A program made the translations under genes and the position numbers. From Candidatus Omnitrophota bacterium (GTDB taxonomy: Bacteria > Omnitrophota > Omnitrophia > Omnitrophales > Aquincolibacteriaceae): DNA of 64,000 nt. Shown here piece by piece: positions 9,665 to 19,740 of this stretch. The stretch is from NCBI GenBank assembly GCA_030698625.1, contig JAUYMS010000042.1, positions 92,150 to 156,149 on the forward strand, in the 5' to 3' direction. How positions within the stretch are numbered: position 1 is the first letter of the stretch; every line of letters starts with the position of its first letter. The notes beneath the pieces are model-generated. The model was given only the letters and a program-made list of their open reading frames with translations, was not told the origin of the DNA and did not search any database.

Positions 9665-11510
9665 ACAAAAGCTCGCTGTGGGAAAAGAAGTTAAATCGGC
9701 AACAGCCATTACGGTCAGATTTGCGGGTGATTCCGGCGACGGAATGCAGCTGACCGGAGACCAATTCACCGACACCGCGGCTCTCATGGGCAATGACTTT
9801 GCCACATTGCCGGACTATCCCGCTGAGATCCGTGCTCCGGTCGGAACCCTGCCCGGCGTCAGCAGTTTTCAAATACAATTTTCGGATTCCATCATCTTTA
9901 CGCCCGGTGACTTAGCCGATGTGCTCGTGGCCATGAATCCGGCAGCCCTTCGGGTTAACCTCACGAACATCAAAAAGGACGGCATGATCATCGTCAATGA
10001 ATCGGTGTTCACGGAAGCCAGCCTGGTAAAGGCCGGGTGGAAGGCGAATCCGCTTGATGATGACACCCTAAAGGATTATCGGGTCTTGCGCGTTCCCCTT
10101 TCGGTGCTGACGAAAAATGCGCTGAAGGATCTTCCCCTTAAACTTACCGAGGTAGAGCGCTGCAAGAACTTCTTCGCCCTCGGTATTATGTTCTGGCTCT
10201 ATGACCGAGATAGGGATCACACCGTCGAGTGGGTGCGAAAAAAATTCGCAAAACGTCCTGAGATCGTAGAGGCAAACATCACCGCCTTGAAAGCCGGATA
10301 CACCTTCGCCGATGTCAGCGAAGCGATGCCGATTCAGTTTCATATCAAACGAGCCAAACTCGAAGCGGGCGTTTACCGCAAAATTACCGGCAATGAGGCT
10401 ACCGCGATCGGTCTTGTCGCAGCGTGTAATCTGGCAAACAAGACCCTCTTTTACGGTTCTTATCCCATTACTCCGGCAAGCAACATTTTGCATGAGCTTG
10501 CGCGCCATAAAAACTTCGGCGTAAAAACCTTTCAGGCCGAAGATGAGATCGCGGCCTGCGGCGCCGCAGTCGGGGCGTCTTTCGGCGGTGAGGTCGGTAT
10601 GACGGGTACGAGCGGTCCCGGATTGTGTCTTAAGTCGGAAATGATAAACCTGGCAATCATGGCAGAACTCCCGCTTGTGGTGGTTAACGTACAACGCGGG
10701 GGTCCGAGTACGGGCATGCCCACAAAAACGGAACAGGCGGATCTCCTGCAGGTTCTTTTTGGCCGTAACGGAGAGTCCCCCATTGCCGTGGTGGCGCCGA
10801 TAACACCGGCCGACTGTTTTCTGATGGCCATTGAAGCTGTCCGCATCGCCATAGAATACATGACCCCCGTGGTCCTGCTTTCGGATGGCAATATTGCCAA
10901 CGCCGCGGAACCTTGGCAATTACCCGAGATTGAAGCGCTTCCCAAGATCAAGGTCACTCATCCGACAAATTCCGACGGCCCTTTTATGCCGTACACGCGC
11001 GACCCTAAAACACTCGCCCGTCCGTGGGCAAAACCCGGAACACCCGGCCTAGAACATCGTATCGGAGGCCTGGCCAAAGCGGACATTACGGGGAATGTGA
11101 GTTACGATCCGGAGAATAATCAGAAGATGATCAATCTCCGCGCCAAGAAGATCCGGCGCATTGCTGACAGTATTCCTGAGTTAACCGTAGACGGCCCGGC
11201 AAAGGGAAAGCTGCTTGTCCTTGGCTGGGGAGGAACTTACGGGCCCCTCTACCAAGCACGTACGGAATTGGAAAGTCAGGGCATCAAAATTTCCCATGCG
11301 CAACTGAAGTACCTGAACCCTTTCCCGAAAAACCTCGGGAGCATTCTCGGGAATTTCGAAAAGGTCTTGATCCCAGAACTAAATATGGGACAATTATTGA
11401 TGTTGATACGCTACCATTTCCCCGGAGTTAATGCCGTCGGCATGCACAAGGTTCAGGGCCATCCGTTCAAAGTGACAGAAGTCGTGGAACATATCCGGAG
11501 CGTCTTATGA
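9657..11510 (+). CDS. korA: 2-oxoacid:acceptor (ferredoxin) oxidoreductase alpha subunit
   Basis: FAGDSGDG, DYPAEIR, YPITPAS, QAEDEIAA, TSGPG, QRGGPSTG. Confidence 0.93.
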   Translation: MDKQKLAVGKEVKSATAITVRFAGDSGDGMQLTGDQFTDTAALMGNDFATLPDYPAEIRAPVGTLPGVSSFQIQFSDSIIFTPGDLADVLVAMNPAALRVNLTNIKKDGMIIVNESVFTEASLVKAGWKANPLDDDTLKDYRVLRVPLSVLTKNALKDLPLKLTEVERCKNFFALGIMFWLYDRDRDHTVEWVRKKFAKRPEIVEANITALKAGYTFADVSEAMPIQFHIKRAKLEAGVYRKITGNEATAIGLVAACNLANKTLFYGSYPITPASNILHELARHKNFGVKTFQAEDEIAACGAAVGASFGGEVGMTGTSGPGLCLKSEMINLAIMAELPLVVVNVQRGGPSTGMPTKTEQADLLQVLFGRNGESPIAVVAPITPADCFLMAIEAVRIAIEYMTPVVLLSDGNIANAAEPWQLPEIEALPKIKVTHPTNSDGPFMPYTRDPKTLARPWAKPGTPGLEHRIGGLAKADITGNVSYDPENNQKMINLRAKKIRRIADSIPELTVDGPAKGKLLVLGWGGTYGPLYQARTELESQGIKISHAQLKYLNPFPKNLGSILGNFEKVLIPELNMGQLLMLIRYHFPGVNAVGMHKVQGHPFKVTEVVEHIRSVL

Positions 11511-12541
11511 GTTCGATAGACACAAAAAAAATTCCCTTCACAAAGAATGACTTCGTTTCCGGCCAAGAGATCCGCTGGTGTCCAGGATGCGGTGATTATG
11601 CCATTTTGGCCACGATGCAGCGCACCCTCGCGAAATTTGATATCAAGCGCGAAAATCACGTCTTTATCTCTGGCATCGGCTGCTCAAGCCGTTTTCCGTA
11701 TTACATGAACACCTACGGTTTCCATACCGTGCACGGCCGGGCTCCGACGATTGCGAGCGGTCTTCGTTGCGTCAACCCCGATCTTTCCATCTGGGTCATT
11801 ACCGGAGACGGTGACGGCCTGAGCATCGGCGGCAATCACTTACTGCATTGCATGCGCCGGAACATGAATCTTAATATCTTGCTCGTCAACAATAGGACGT
11901 ATGGACTTACCAAGGGGCAGTATTCCCCCACTTCGGAGATGGGTAAGGTGACGAAATCCAGCCCGATGGGATCCATCGACCACCCTATCAACGCTCTCTG
12001 CGTCGCGCTGGCCTCAGAAGCGACCTTTGTCGCACGGACTCTGGACAACGACCCTATTCATATGAGTGAGACTTTCAAACGAGCTATGGATCACAAAGGC
12101 ACCTCGTTTGTCGAGGTTTACCAGAACTGCAACATCTTTAATGACAAGGCATTCGTGCCGGTTACCGGCCGCGACAACCGAGACGACCGAATGATCTACC
12201 TTGAAGACGGGAAACCGCTCATCTACGGCAAAGAAAAAAACCGCGGCATTCGCTTGGTTGGCATGAAACCGGAGATCGTCGACATTGATAACCAGGAACT
12301 CGACCAGCTTCCGGTGATACTCATGAGCCACAATGAAAAAACAGCGGATCCAAGCTACGCCTATATGCTAACTCAGATGGATCACCCCGAAATGCCGGTG
12401 CCCTTCGGTGTTTTTCGGGCCCTTGAAAGACCGACTTACGATGATTTACTAAACGGTCAGGTCAAAACCGCCATAAAAAAACTAGGCCCCGGTGACCTAA
12501 AAAAACTCATTCACGGCGATAACACATGGACGGTGAATTGA
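11507..12541 (+). CDS. korB: 2-oxoacid:ferredoxin oxidoreductase beta subunit
   Basis: WCPGCGD, SGIGCS, GDGD TPP motif, YGLTKGQYSPT. Confidence 0.93.
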   Translation: MSSIDTKKIPFTKNDFVSGQEIRWCPGCGDYAILATMQRTLAKFDIKRENHVFISGIGCSSRFPYYMNTYGFHTVHGRAPTIASGLRCVNPDLSIWVITGDGDGLSIGGNHLLHCMRRNMNLNILLVNNRTYGLTKGQYSPTSEMGKVTKSSPMGSIDHPINALCVALASEATFVARTLDNDPIHMSETFKRAMDHKGTSFVEVYQNCNIFNDKAFVPVTGRDNRDDRMIYLEDGKPLIYGKEKNRGIRLVGMKPEIVDIDNQELDQLPVILMSHNEKTADPSYAYMLTQMDHPEMPVPFGVFRALERPTYDDLLNGQVKTAIKKLGPGDLKKLIHGDNTWTVN

Positions 12542-12542
12542 T

Positions 12543-13076
12543 ATGCAAACAGGCCTGAAATGCCCTTCCTGCGGCCACGCCAATCTGCTGGGCAATGATC
12601 GTTGCGAACAGTGCTTTGCTTCACTCATGACAAGCGACCTTCCGCGTCCCAAGAAAGGTGACAAGATTCAGAACGCCATGATGACGGATCCCGTCTCCGC
12701 TCTTTTAACCGGCGCGGATCTGCTCGTTGCAAGCACAACCGATTCGGTCGGAGATATCATTCGCGTCATGCAGGAAAAACAGAAGAGATGCATGGTTATC
12801 TATAAAGACAAAAAATTAGTGGGGATCGTCAGTGACAGAGACATCCTCTTCAAGGTTGCCAATCGCGACAAAGATCCGAAAAAGATGAAAGTCGAGAGCG
12901 TCATGACTCCCAATCCCGAATTCGTCACTGCCGACGATCCCATTGCCTTCGTAATTAACAAAATGGCCATGGGGGGATTCCGGCACGTTCCTGTTCTGGC
13001 AGCCGACGGTACGCCGTTGAGCATTGTTTCCATCAAAGACGTCCTTGCCTACCTAAAAAATCGCGGGAAAAACTGA
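12543..13076 (+). CDS. Zinc-ribbon + CBS pair protein
   Basis: CPSC...CEQC N-terminus; LVGIVSDRD; GFRHVPV. Confidence 0.88.
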   Translation: MQTGLKCPSCGHANLLGNDRCEQCFASLMTSDLPRPKKGDKIQNAMMTDPVSALLTGADLLVASTTDSVGDIIRVMQEKQKRCMVIYKDKKLVGIVSDRDILFKVANRDKDPKKMKVESVMTPNPEFVTADDPIAFVINKMAMGGFRHVPVLAADGTPLSIVSIKDVLAYLKNRGKN

Positions 13077-13096
13077 TTCCGCGGCGGGAACAGCCG

Positions 13097-15085
13097 GTGA
13101 GTTGTCCTTCTAATTTTTCTCGATGGCAATGGGGCATCCTCTTGGCGGGATTTTTTCTATCGTTGCTGCTACCCGTTGTACAGATCTTTCACTCCTCCGA
13201 AATATCCGTCCTGACGCATCGTTCAGGTGCCGAGTGGATTCGCTACCCCGAAGCCCCGCACACCCTTCCGCGTCAGGTACTGACCCCAACCGTCTTTTCT
13301 AAATCAATCTCCGTGGAAGGCTTCGAAGACACGGCCGAACTCGAACTCAGGGCTCCGGGGCACGTAAAACTGACCGTTAACGGGAAGACTGTTTGGCAGC
13401 GTAAATGGCGCGAGGGCAATTGGAAGAAATCAGGCCCCATTGTCGTCGGCCGGCAACTTGTTCCGGGTCGAAATCTAATCGTTGTGGAAATCGATAATCC
13501 TCTCGGGCCCCACATGTTTCAATTGAGAAGCCGGGCCGTTACACCGCCGCTGCAAAGTGATGAAACCTGGGCCGTTACCCAGGGGAATCGTCCGCCGGCG
13601 CGTGCCGTAAAAGTTTCCGAGAAATCGCTGCCGGACGCCAAGACGGCTTATCCGACAGCGGCGGCCGCACTAGTCCGTCACGGCAAATTACTCGGCACCT
13701 TAATGGCAGTCTTTTCGCTTTTTTTCATTCTTGGGCCGCAATTACGCTTGAAGGAGCTGATACGCTGGGGGCCGGTCTGTCTGCTTGCGGGCGTTACGCT
13801 GATATGGGGCTGGCTTTATGTGCGAGTATGGACAGAGCTTCCTATGCGTATTGGTTTTGATTCCGGTGGTCATATCGGGTATGTCGATTTTATTCTTGAG
13901 AAGGGCAGACTGCCGCTGGCCCACGAGGGGTGGTCGACCTTCCACCCGCCCCTCTACTATTTACTTACGTCCCTTTGTCTCGGCGCCGTAAAAATCTTCT
14001 CCGGGACACCGGCAGTTATAAGCGCGGCTTACCGTTTTATACCCTTTGTTTGCGGTCTCGGGCATATTTTCCTGTGTTGGGCCCTTGCGCGGTGTATCTT
14101 CACCGATAACTCCGGAAAAATTCTTCTGACGGTGGCTGCGGCGGCGGCAACACCGATGAACGTGTATTTGTCAGCGTATCCCGGCAACGAACCGCTACAA
14201 TCTTTTCTGGTGGGGGCCGCAATCGTAGTCACGGCACATATGCTCATGCGCGAACGTGCCCTCCTCGGAGAAGCGCTATTTATCGGCGCCCTGCTCGGTC
14301 TGGCCGTGCTTACCAAGTTCACGTCTCTGGCAGCGATCCCGGTTATCGCCCTTTTCCTTGGAGTCAAGAAAACACTCATTGAAAAGTCTCCCGCCCGGGA
14401 CACCTTGAAATACTTGACGGCGCTCATCGTACCGATTGTCTGCATCACCGGATGGTATTTCGCCCGAAACATTGCTGAATACGGCAGGCCGGTTATTGTA
14501 AACTGGGGACTAAAGGATCAGTTGTGGTGGCAGGACCCCGGCTATCACATGCCGGCTTATTACCTTAATTTCGGCGCGGCCCTTGTCCGCCCCTATTTCT
14601 CGGCGTTCCTGTCCTTTTGGGACGGCATGTATTCCACGTTCTGGGGAGACGGCAATCTGGGCGGTCTCGCGCAGCTCGACGAAGCCCTGCAACTTGGGTG
14701 GTGGCGTTTTGATTTGATGACGGCAACTTACCCGCTCGCGGTGCCTGCGACACTCATGATCCTCCTGGGATTTACCGCCTGCCTGCGCCAAGGTCTCGGA
14801 GCCGGAGAAATCAGGCGGCGTTGGACGCTCACGTTTCTGGCGACTATTGCCTATACCTTTATCTGGTTCGTCGCGTATGCCACCATGCGCGTTCCGATTT
14901 TTTCCCAGACAAAAGCATTTTATTGCTTATCGGTCATGGGACCCATCTGCGTGTTTTTTACTTTGGGATTTACGGCGACAAGAGATTTTTTAGGTGCCAG
15001 GATGGGTGTCCTGGGAAAGGCCATCCTCTACGGGTGGCTGGGGACACTTCTGACCGTCGTCTACCGCACTTACGGACTCGGGTAA
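13097..15085 (+). CDS. Polytopic GT-C (ArnT/PMT-like) glycosyltransferase with N-terminal soluble beta-rich domain
   Basis: FD..GH..Y, HPPLYY, GLAVLTKF, many TM helices. Confidence 0.75.
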   Translation: MSCPSNFSRWQWGILLAGFFLSLLLPVVQIFHSSEISVLTHRSGAEWIRYPEAPHTLPRQVLTPTVFSKSISVEGFEDTAELELRAPGHVKLTVNGKTVWQRKWREGNWKKSGPIVVGRQLVPGRNLIVVEIDNPLGPHMFQLRSRAVTPPLQSDETWAVTQGNRPPARAVKVSEKSLPDAKTAYPTAAAALVRHGKLLGTLMAVFSLFFILGPQLRLKELIRWGPVCLLAGVTLIWGWLYVRVWTELPMRIGFDSGGHIGYVDFILEKGRLPLAHEGWSTFHPPLYYLLTSLCLGAVKIFSGTPAVISAAYRFIPFVCGLGHIFLCWALARCIFTDNSGKILLTVAAAAATPMNVYLSAYPGNEPLQSFLVGAAIVVTAHMLMRERALLGEALFIGALLGLAVLTKFTSLAAIPVIALFLGVKKTLIEKSPARDTLKYLTALIVPIVCITGWYFARNIAEYGRPVIVNWGLKDQLWWQDPGYHMPAYYLNFGAALVRPYFSAFLSFWDGMYSTFWGDGNLGGLAQLDEALQLGWWRFDLMTATYPLAVPATLMILLGFTACLRQGLGAGEIRRRWTLTFLATIAYTFIWFVAYATMRVPIFSQTKAFYCLSVMGPICVFFTLGFTATRDFLGARMGVLGKAILYGWLGTLLTVVYRTYGLG

Positions 15086-15088
15086 CCG

Positions 15089-16198
15089 CTACCCGTTACG
15101 CGAAGCAAACTCTTTCATAAAACCAATCAGCGCATTAACCCCTTCCAGCGTTTGGGCATTGTAGATGGAGGCGCGCAAACCTCCTATGGAACGATGCCCC
15201 TCCAAACCGCCCAATCCCGCCTTCAAGGCCTCGCCGACAAACTGCTTTTCTAAGTCTTCGCGATCACCGCGAATTCGAAAAACAACGTTCATCACAGACC
15301 GGTCGGCCTTCTCGATAGGGCTGTAATAGAAATCATTTACGTCGATAGCCTCATAGAGCCTCTTCGCTTTTTCCTCGTTCCGGATCTCAAGGGCGGCCAT
15401 CCCCCCTTGTGCCTCCGTCCACTCTGTCACAAGCGCCGCCACATAAATCGGAAAAACAGGGGGCGTGTTGTAAAGAGAGCGGTGCTTAATATGGGTCCGG
15501 TATTGCAGAGTGGTGCCAATCGTGTCTTTCGCCTTCTCCGCCAAATCCTTGCGTATAATAACGACCGTCACACCGGCCGGTCCTAAATTCTTCTGTGCGC
15601 TTGCGAAGACAAGACCAAACTTTGAGATATCAATACGTCGTGACAGAATATCAGACGTCATATCCGCAACCAACGGAACGGCTCCGGTGTCGGGAAACTC
15701 ATGCCACTGAGTTCCATATATGGTATTGTTGGAAGCTATATAGACATAGGAAGCATTGGGACTCAAATCGATTTCTTCGAGCCGGGGAAGGCGCTTGAAG
15801 TTTTCCTTCTCAAGCGACGCGGCCAACCGATATTCAGTTAACCGTTCCAACTCCATAATTGCCGCCTGAGTCCATATGCCCGTATTGATGACGTCAACCG
15901 GTTTTCCCTTCGCATAAAGGTTCATCGGAATCATCGAGAACTGCAGCCGCGCGCCCCCCGACAGAAACAAGACCGCGTAATCGTCACTAATTCCGAGAAG
16001 GCGGCGAAGGCCTCCCTCAGCACGGTCCAACACACCTTCAAAGTGCTTAGAGCGGTGGCTGATCTCCATAACGGACATTCCCGTATTCTGAAAGTTGAGT
16101 AATTCCTCCCGAACCTTCTCTAAAACCGAAAGAGGCAGAGCTGCGGGTCCCGAGCTGAAGTTATAGATTCGTTCTTCCAAGGTATCCCTCGTTTTCAT
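15089..16198 (-). CDS. serC: Phosphoserine aminotransferase
   Basis: YNFSSGPA, SHRS, SAQKNLGPAG, NTPP, GHRS.GG.RASIYNA. Confidence 0.96.
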   Translation of the reverse strand: MKTRDTLEERIYNFSSGPAALPLSVLEKVREELLNFQNTGMSVMEISHRSKHFEGVLDRAEGGLRRLLGISDDYAVLFLSGGARLQFSMIPMNLYAKGKPVDVINTGIWTQAAIMELERLTEYRLAASLEKENFKRLPRLEEIDLSPNASYVYIASNNTIYGTQWHEFPDTGAVPLVADMTSDILSRRIDISKFGLVFASAQKNLGPAGVTVVIIRKDLAEKAKDTIGTTLQYRTHIKHRSLYNTPPVFPIYVAALVTEWTEAQGGMAALEIRNEEKAKRLYEAIDVNDFYYSPIEKADRSVMNVVFRIRGDREDLEKQFVGEALKAGLGGLEGHRSIGGLRASIYNAQTLEGVNALIGFMKEFASRNG

Positions 16199-16671
16199 GC
16201 ATGTTCACTCCTTAGGAAATCTAAAATTTCGTCGCTATGCCCCTCGGGCTTTACTTTCGAATAGATCTTCTCGATCTTCCCTTTTTTACCGATCACAAAC
16301 GTCGAGCGCGCAACTCCCATATAGGACCTGCCGTACATACTCTTTTTTACCCAGACCCCGTAAGCGCGGCAAATTTTTTTATTTTCGTCACTTAACAGCA
16401 GAAAAGGAAGCTTGAATTTCTTAACAAACTTTTCATGGTCACTCAGTCCATCGGGGCTGACACCAAGGATGACCGCTCCCGCTTTTTCGATCTTGCTCCT
16501 GTCGTCCCTAAACTCGCAGGCCTCCACCGTACATCCTGGGGTGTTATCCTTGGGGTAAAAATAGAGAACCACCCTTTTCTTGCCCTTAAAATCCTTCAAA
16601 GCAACCTTTTCCCCGTTACTGGACTGAAGATTAAATTGCGGCGCCTTCACGCCCTCTTTGAGTTTTGCCAT
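16195..16671 (-). CDS. bcp: Thioredoxin-dependent peroxiredoxin BCP
   Basis: YFYPKDNTPGCTVEAC. Confidence 0.95.
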   Translation of the reverse strand: MAKLKEGVKAPQFNLQSSNGEKVALKDFKGKKRVVLYFYPKDNTPGCTVEACEFRDDRSKIEKAGAVILGVSPDGLSDHEKFVKKFKLPFLLLSDENKKICRAYGVWVKKSMYGRSYMGVARSTFVIGKKGKIEKIYSKVKPEGHSDEILDFLRSEHA

Positions 16672-16690
16672 AGCTGTCTCCCATAATTGA

Positions 16691-17053
16691 TTATTGTGTC
16701 TGTTTGATTAAATCCAAGAAAAGCGTCGGCATCTGGGGGTGTGCGCCGATATGCGGCGGTACTTTAAACGCCACCTGCGGATATTTCTCTCGGGCCTCGC
16801 GAATCAGATGAGGAATATCATTCAAAATGTGCTTTCCGGAATTAAGGAAATTGAGCAGCACAACAATTTCCGCAGCTCCCTGATTGACACAGGAAGCGAC
16901 AGCCTCGGGAACACTCGGTGACTCGATGTCGAGGAAGGCATGCTCCAGAATCGGATAACCCGCTTCTTCGCGCAGCGACTTTACCAGGCGCAGAACCTCT
17001 TCTTGGGTTTCATGGGCCCGACTTCCGTGTGAGATAAGCAGAATTGCCTTCAA
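16691..17053 (-). CDS. CbiX/SirB-type small chelatase
   Basis: SHGSR, FLD..SPS, G.H...DIP, IG.HP. Confidence 0.85.
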   Translation of the reverse strand: MKAILLISHGSRAHETQEEVLRLVKSLREEAGYPILEHAFLDIESPSVPEAVASCVNQGAAEIVVLLNFLNSGKHILNDIPHLIREAREKYPQVAFKVPPHIGAHPQMPTLFLDLIKQTQ

Positions 17054-17067
17054 AGCAGCCGATGCCT

Positions 17068-18066
17068 CTATGCCGAAACCTTCAGGTACTCGTCAATCTC
17101 TTGAATCAACTTCTTGCTATCACTATATATCAGGACATTATTCCTACCCAGGGACTTTACGGCATCAATACCCAGATGCTCCGGACATATCGCACCAAAA
17201 AGGATCTTCTTAGTGGCTTCGTCGGCGTAAAGGTCTCGATACAGTCCCGCGATATCCAGCACGGTTGTATCTTCCCAAAACTGGCCTAAGATCAATTCGG
17301 GTTTCTTTTCCTTAGCCAGCTTCAATACCCCGCTCTCGTTGACACCGTTGATGACCGAGAAACCCAATGACTCCAGATGCTTTTTGGCACTTTCAAGTAT
17401 AAAATCTTCAGCGGCAACAACCACGGCTAACTTTCCCCGAGCGGCGGAGTTAGCTTCCTGCGCTCCGGACGGCTGCGCCGTTTCCTCAACGGGTAAAGGA
17501 GGGGCGTCATTACCGAGTGCCTCTGCCACTTTGGTTAAAAGGACGTTAGATGAAACCGCCTTATCCAGAAAGGCAAAGACGGCCCAATCCGGAAAATAAT
17601 CCTTAAAACTCTTTCGGGCTGACATGACAATGACGGGTATCTTATCCATCCCTTCGACCTCAACCTTGAGTTTTGCCAACAGCTCGTAGCCTGTCATTTC
17701 CGGCATAAGCACATCCATAAGGATGAGATCCGGCTTTTCCGCTTTGACCCTATCAAACCCTTCGCGACCGTTGTCGGCGCGCGTAACCTCATAGCCGTGT
17801 TTCCTGAGATCAAACTCCATCAAATGAGCATAACTAGCGTCGTCTTCGATGAGCAGGATTTTTTGATGGTTGCCTGCCGGCACAGACTCCGCTTGGCCGC
17901 CCTCGGATGCGACAGCCTTCTGTGCCCCTGTTGACGCGGCGTCCTTAGGTTCTTCTTCGCCGCCGGCCTGGGCGTTGCACCGCGAGCAGAACATCTCAGC
18001 GGGAGATCGCGGCTCAAACGACGAGCCGCACGTCATGCAATTCTTGGAAATTTTTTTGTTCGCCAC
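17068..18066 (-). CDS. Zn-ribbon + receiver + degenerate second receiver regulator
   Basis: CMTC...CSRC; LLIEDD, ILMDVLMP; second domain LILGQFWED lacks the canonical phospho-Asp. Confidence 0.85.
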   Translation of the reverse strand: MANKKISKNCMTCGSSFEPRSPAEMFCSRCNAQAGGEEEPKDAASTGAQKAVASEGGQAESVPAGNHQKILLIEDDASYAHLMEFDLRKHGYEVTRADNGREGFDRVKAEKPDLILMDVLMPEMTGYELLAKLKVEVEGMDKIPVIVMSARKSFKDYFPDWAVFAFLDKAVSSNVLLTKVAEALGNDAPPLPVEETAQPSGAQEANSAARGKLAVVVAAEDFILESAKKHLESLGFSVINGVNESGVLKLAKEKKPELILGQFWEDTTVLDIAGLYRDLYADEATKKILFGAICPEHLGIDAVKSLGRNNVLIYSDSKKLIQEIDEYLKVSA

Positions 18067-18069
18067 GGA

Positions 18070-19020
18070 TTAGGCCTTTCGCTGCATATGCTCGTCGATG
18101 AGCTTGACTAAATCATCGCTTTGTTGATAGATGAGCACCTTTGATGGGTTAACAACTTTGACCGCATCAAGCCCCAAGTGATCCGCGGCAAAGGTCGCGA
18201 AGCGTATGCTTTTCATCTCCGGATCCGTATTAAATGCCTGATAGATTTTACCGACATCCAGGGTAGTCGTATCTTCCCAATACTGTGCCAGAACCATGTC
18301 GGGTCTGATTTCCTTCGCCTTCTGAATAGTTCCTGCTTCGTTAACTCCGTTGAGAACCCTATACCCGTTCCCCTCAAGGTGCTGCTTCACTTTTTCGAGT
18401 AGGAACTCCTCTACGGCCGTGACGATAACCGTCTTTCCCGAACTGCGCTGGGTCGGTTGCGGGGCACTGGCAGCAGGCGCAGCGTCAGAAGTCCCGATGG
18501 CCTCTACAACCCTTTCCATCATGATTTCCGGCTCAAAGGGTTTCGCCAAAAACGTCAGGATCGCCCAACTGGGGAAAAATTCCTTCATGCTGTGCTTTGC
18601 CGACATTACAATCACCGGGATTTCGCCGATATCCGCATCATCCCTGAGATGCTCAACCAGCTGATACCCCGTCATCTCGGGCATTAAGACATCCGTTATA
18701 ATTAGGTTCGGTTTCTCCGTCCGAGCCACCGCTAGACCTTCCCGACCATTACTTGCCGTAACAACCGCATAGTTCATTTTTGAAAGACGCGACTTTAGAA
18801 GCAAAACAATGGCCGGTTCATCGTCAACAATGAGGATCTTCTTTGAGCCGACAATGGCGGGCTCTTCAACGGCTGCGGGCTTAGCAGGCTCAGGCTCTTT
18901 TTCCTCTTTGGCCTTATCGGGTTCTCCGCCGCAACGCTGGCAAAAAATCTCGTCGCCGGAGGGGGTAAATGACGTCCCGCATATCGTACACGACTTACTT
19001 CTGGGTGCGCGCTTTGTCAT
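18070..19020 (-). CDS. Zn-ribbon + receiver + degenerate second receiver regulator (tandem paralog)
   Basis: CTIC...CQRC; LIVDDE, IITDVLMP, KPF; MVLAQYWED; GGAGG RBS. Confidence 0.85.
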   Translation of the reverse strand: MTKRAPRSKSCTICGTSFTPSGDEIFCQRCGGEPDKAKEEKEPEPAKPAAVEEPAIVGSKKILIVDDEPAIVLLLKSRLSKMNYAVVTASNGREGLAVARTEKPNLIITDVLMPEMTGYQLVEHLRDDADIGEIPVIVMSAKHSMKEFFPSWAILTFLAKPFEPEIMMERVVEAIGTSDAAPAASAPQPTQRSSGKTVIVTAVEEFLLEKVKQHLEGNGYRVLNGVNEAGTIQKAKEIRPDMVLAQYWEDTTTLDVGKIYQAFNTDPEMKSIRFATFAADHLGLDAVKVVNPSKVLIYQQSDDLVKLIDEHMQRKA

Positions 19021-19114
19021 CAACTCCTCCAGCGGGGCTCAGGAATCCTCAAAACATGTGCTCTGGGCAGAGTTTACACATTCTCTGCTCAAAATGCAAT
19101 TTACGAATTAGCGG

Positions 19115-19700
19115 TGGGTGAATTCCTGTAGCTGCGACCGTCGCAGCAAGAGGTATTCTCCGCCCGGAGAAATTCTTCGCAGAGGACTCCGAATACCTCA
19201 CGGCGCGAGGTGAAAGCGAGGTTGTCCGAAACGCTACGGATTTCTCGGCCTATCCTGCCCATCAAAGTCTTGCCGAGAACCGTTGACTTTGATACCCGCT
19301 GATACGGCCCGAGAAATCCTCCGCATGTTTCTGACAACCTCGCTTTCACCCAGCTTTGGCCTGCCTCAGCGACAGGGGTCCCTTTTGGGGGCCGTTGCGG
19401 TAAGAGGTATTCGGAGCCCAATAAGAGAAATTCTGAAGACTGAGGACGCAGCTAACTTACTAGGGGAGACCGTCGATAGGAGCTTTAGCTCCGTTATCGA
19501 CGGCGGGGTCCCCGTAAGTCAGTGGAGTCCTCCGCGAAGAATTTCTCCGGGCGGAGAATACCTCTTGCCGCTGCGGCCGCAACTACAGGGATGCACCCAT
19601 TAGCGGTCTCGAATCGCAAGCTCAAAAGCCTGGGGAAATCCCCCGTCGAAACCAGCGGGGGTTTGCTTCGGCGAGAGACGTTGAAGCTTTTCGAGTTGTG
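19115..19700. repeat. Nested-palindrome non-coding element (candidate structured RNA or MITE/REP-like element)
   Basis: 76-bp inverted repeat 19115-19190/19524-19599 (68/76 matches); internal stems 19209-19226/19333-19350 (18 bp), 19238-19248/19309-19319, 19261-19269/19285-19293, 19188-19199/19404-19415, 19470-19503. Confidence 0.75.
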
Positions 19701-19740
19701 GGCAAATCGCAATGATCAGAAGGCGTACTAAACTAAGTCG

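Noticed and set aside
19101-19731. Short ORFs, or identity as RNase P RNA, tmRNA, SRP or CRISPR
   Set aside because: ORFs merely mirror the inverted repeat; no GAGGAAAGTCC, tRNA-like ends, SRP loop or spaced direct repeats seen
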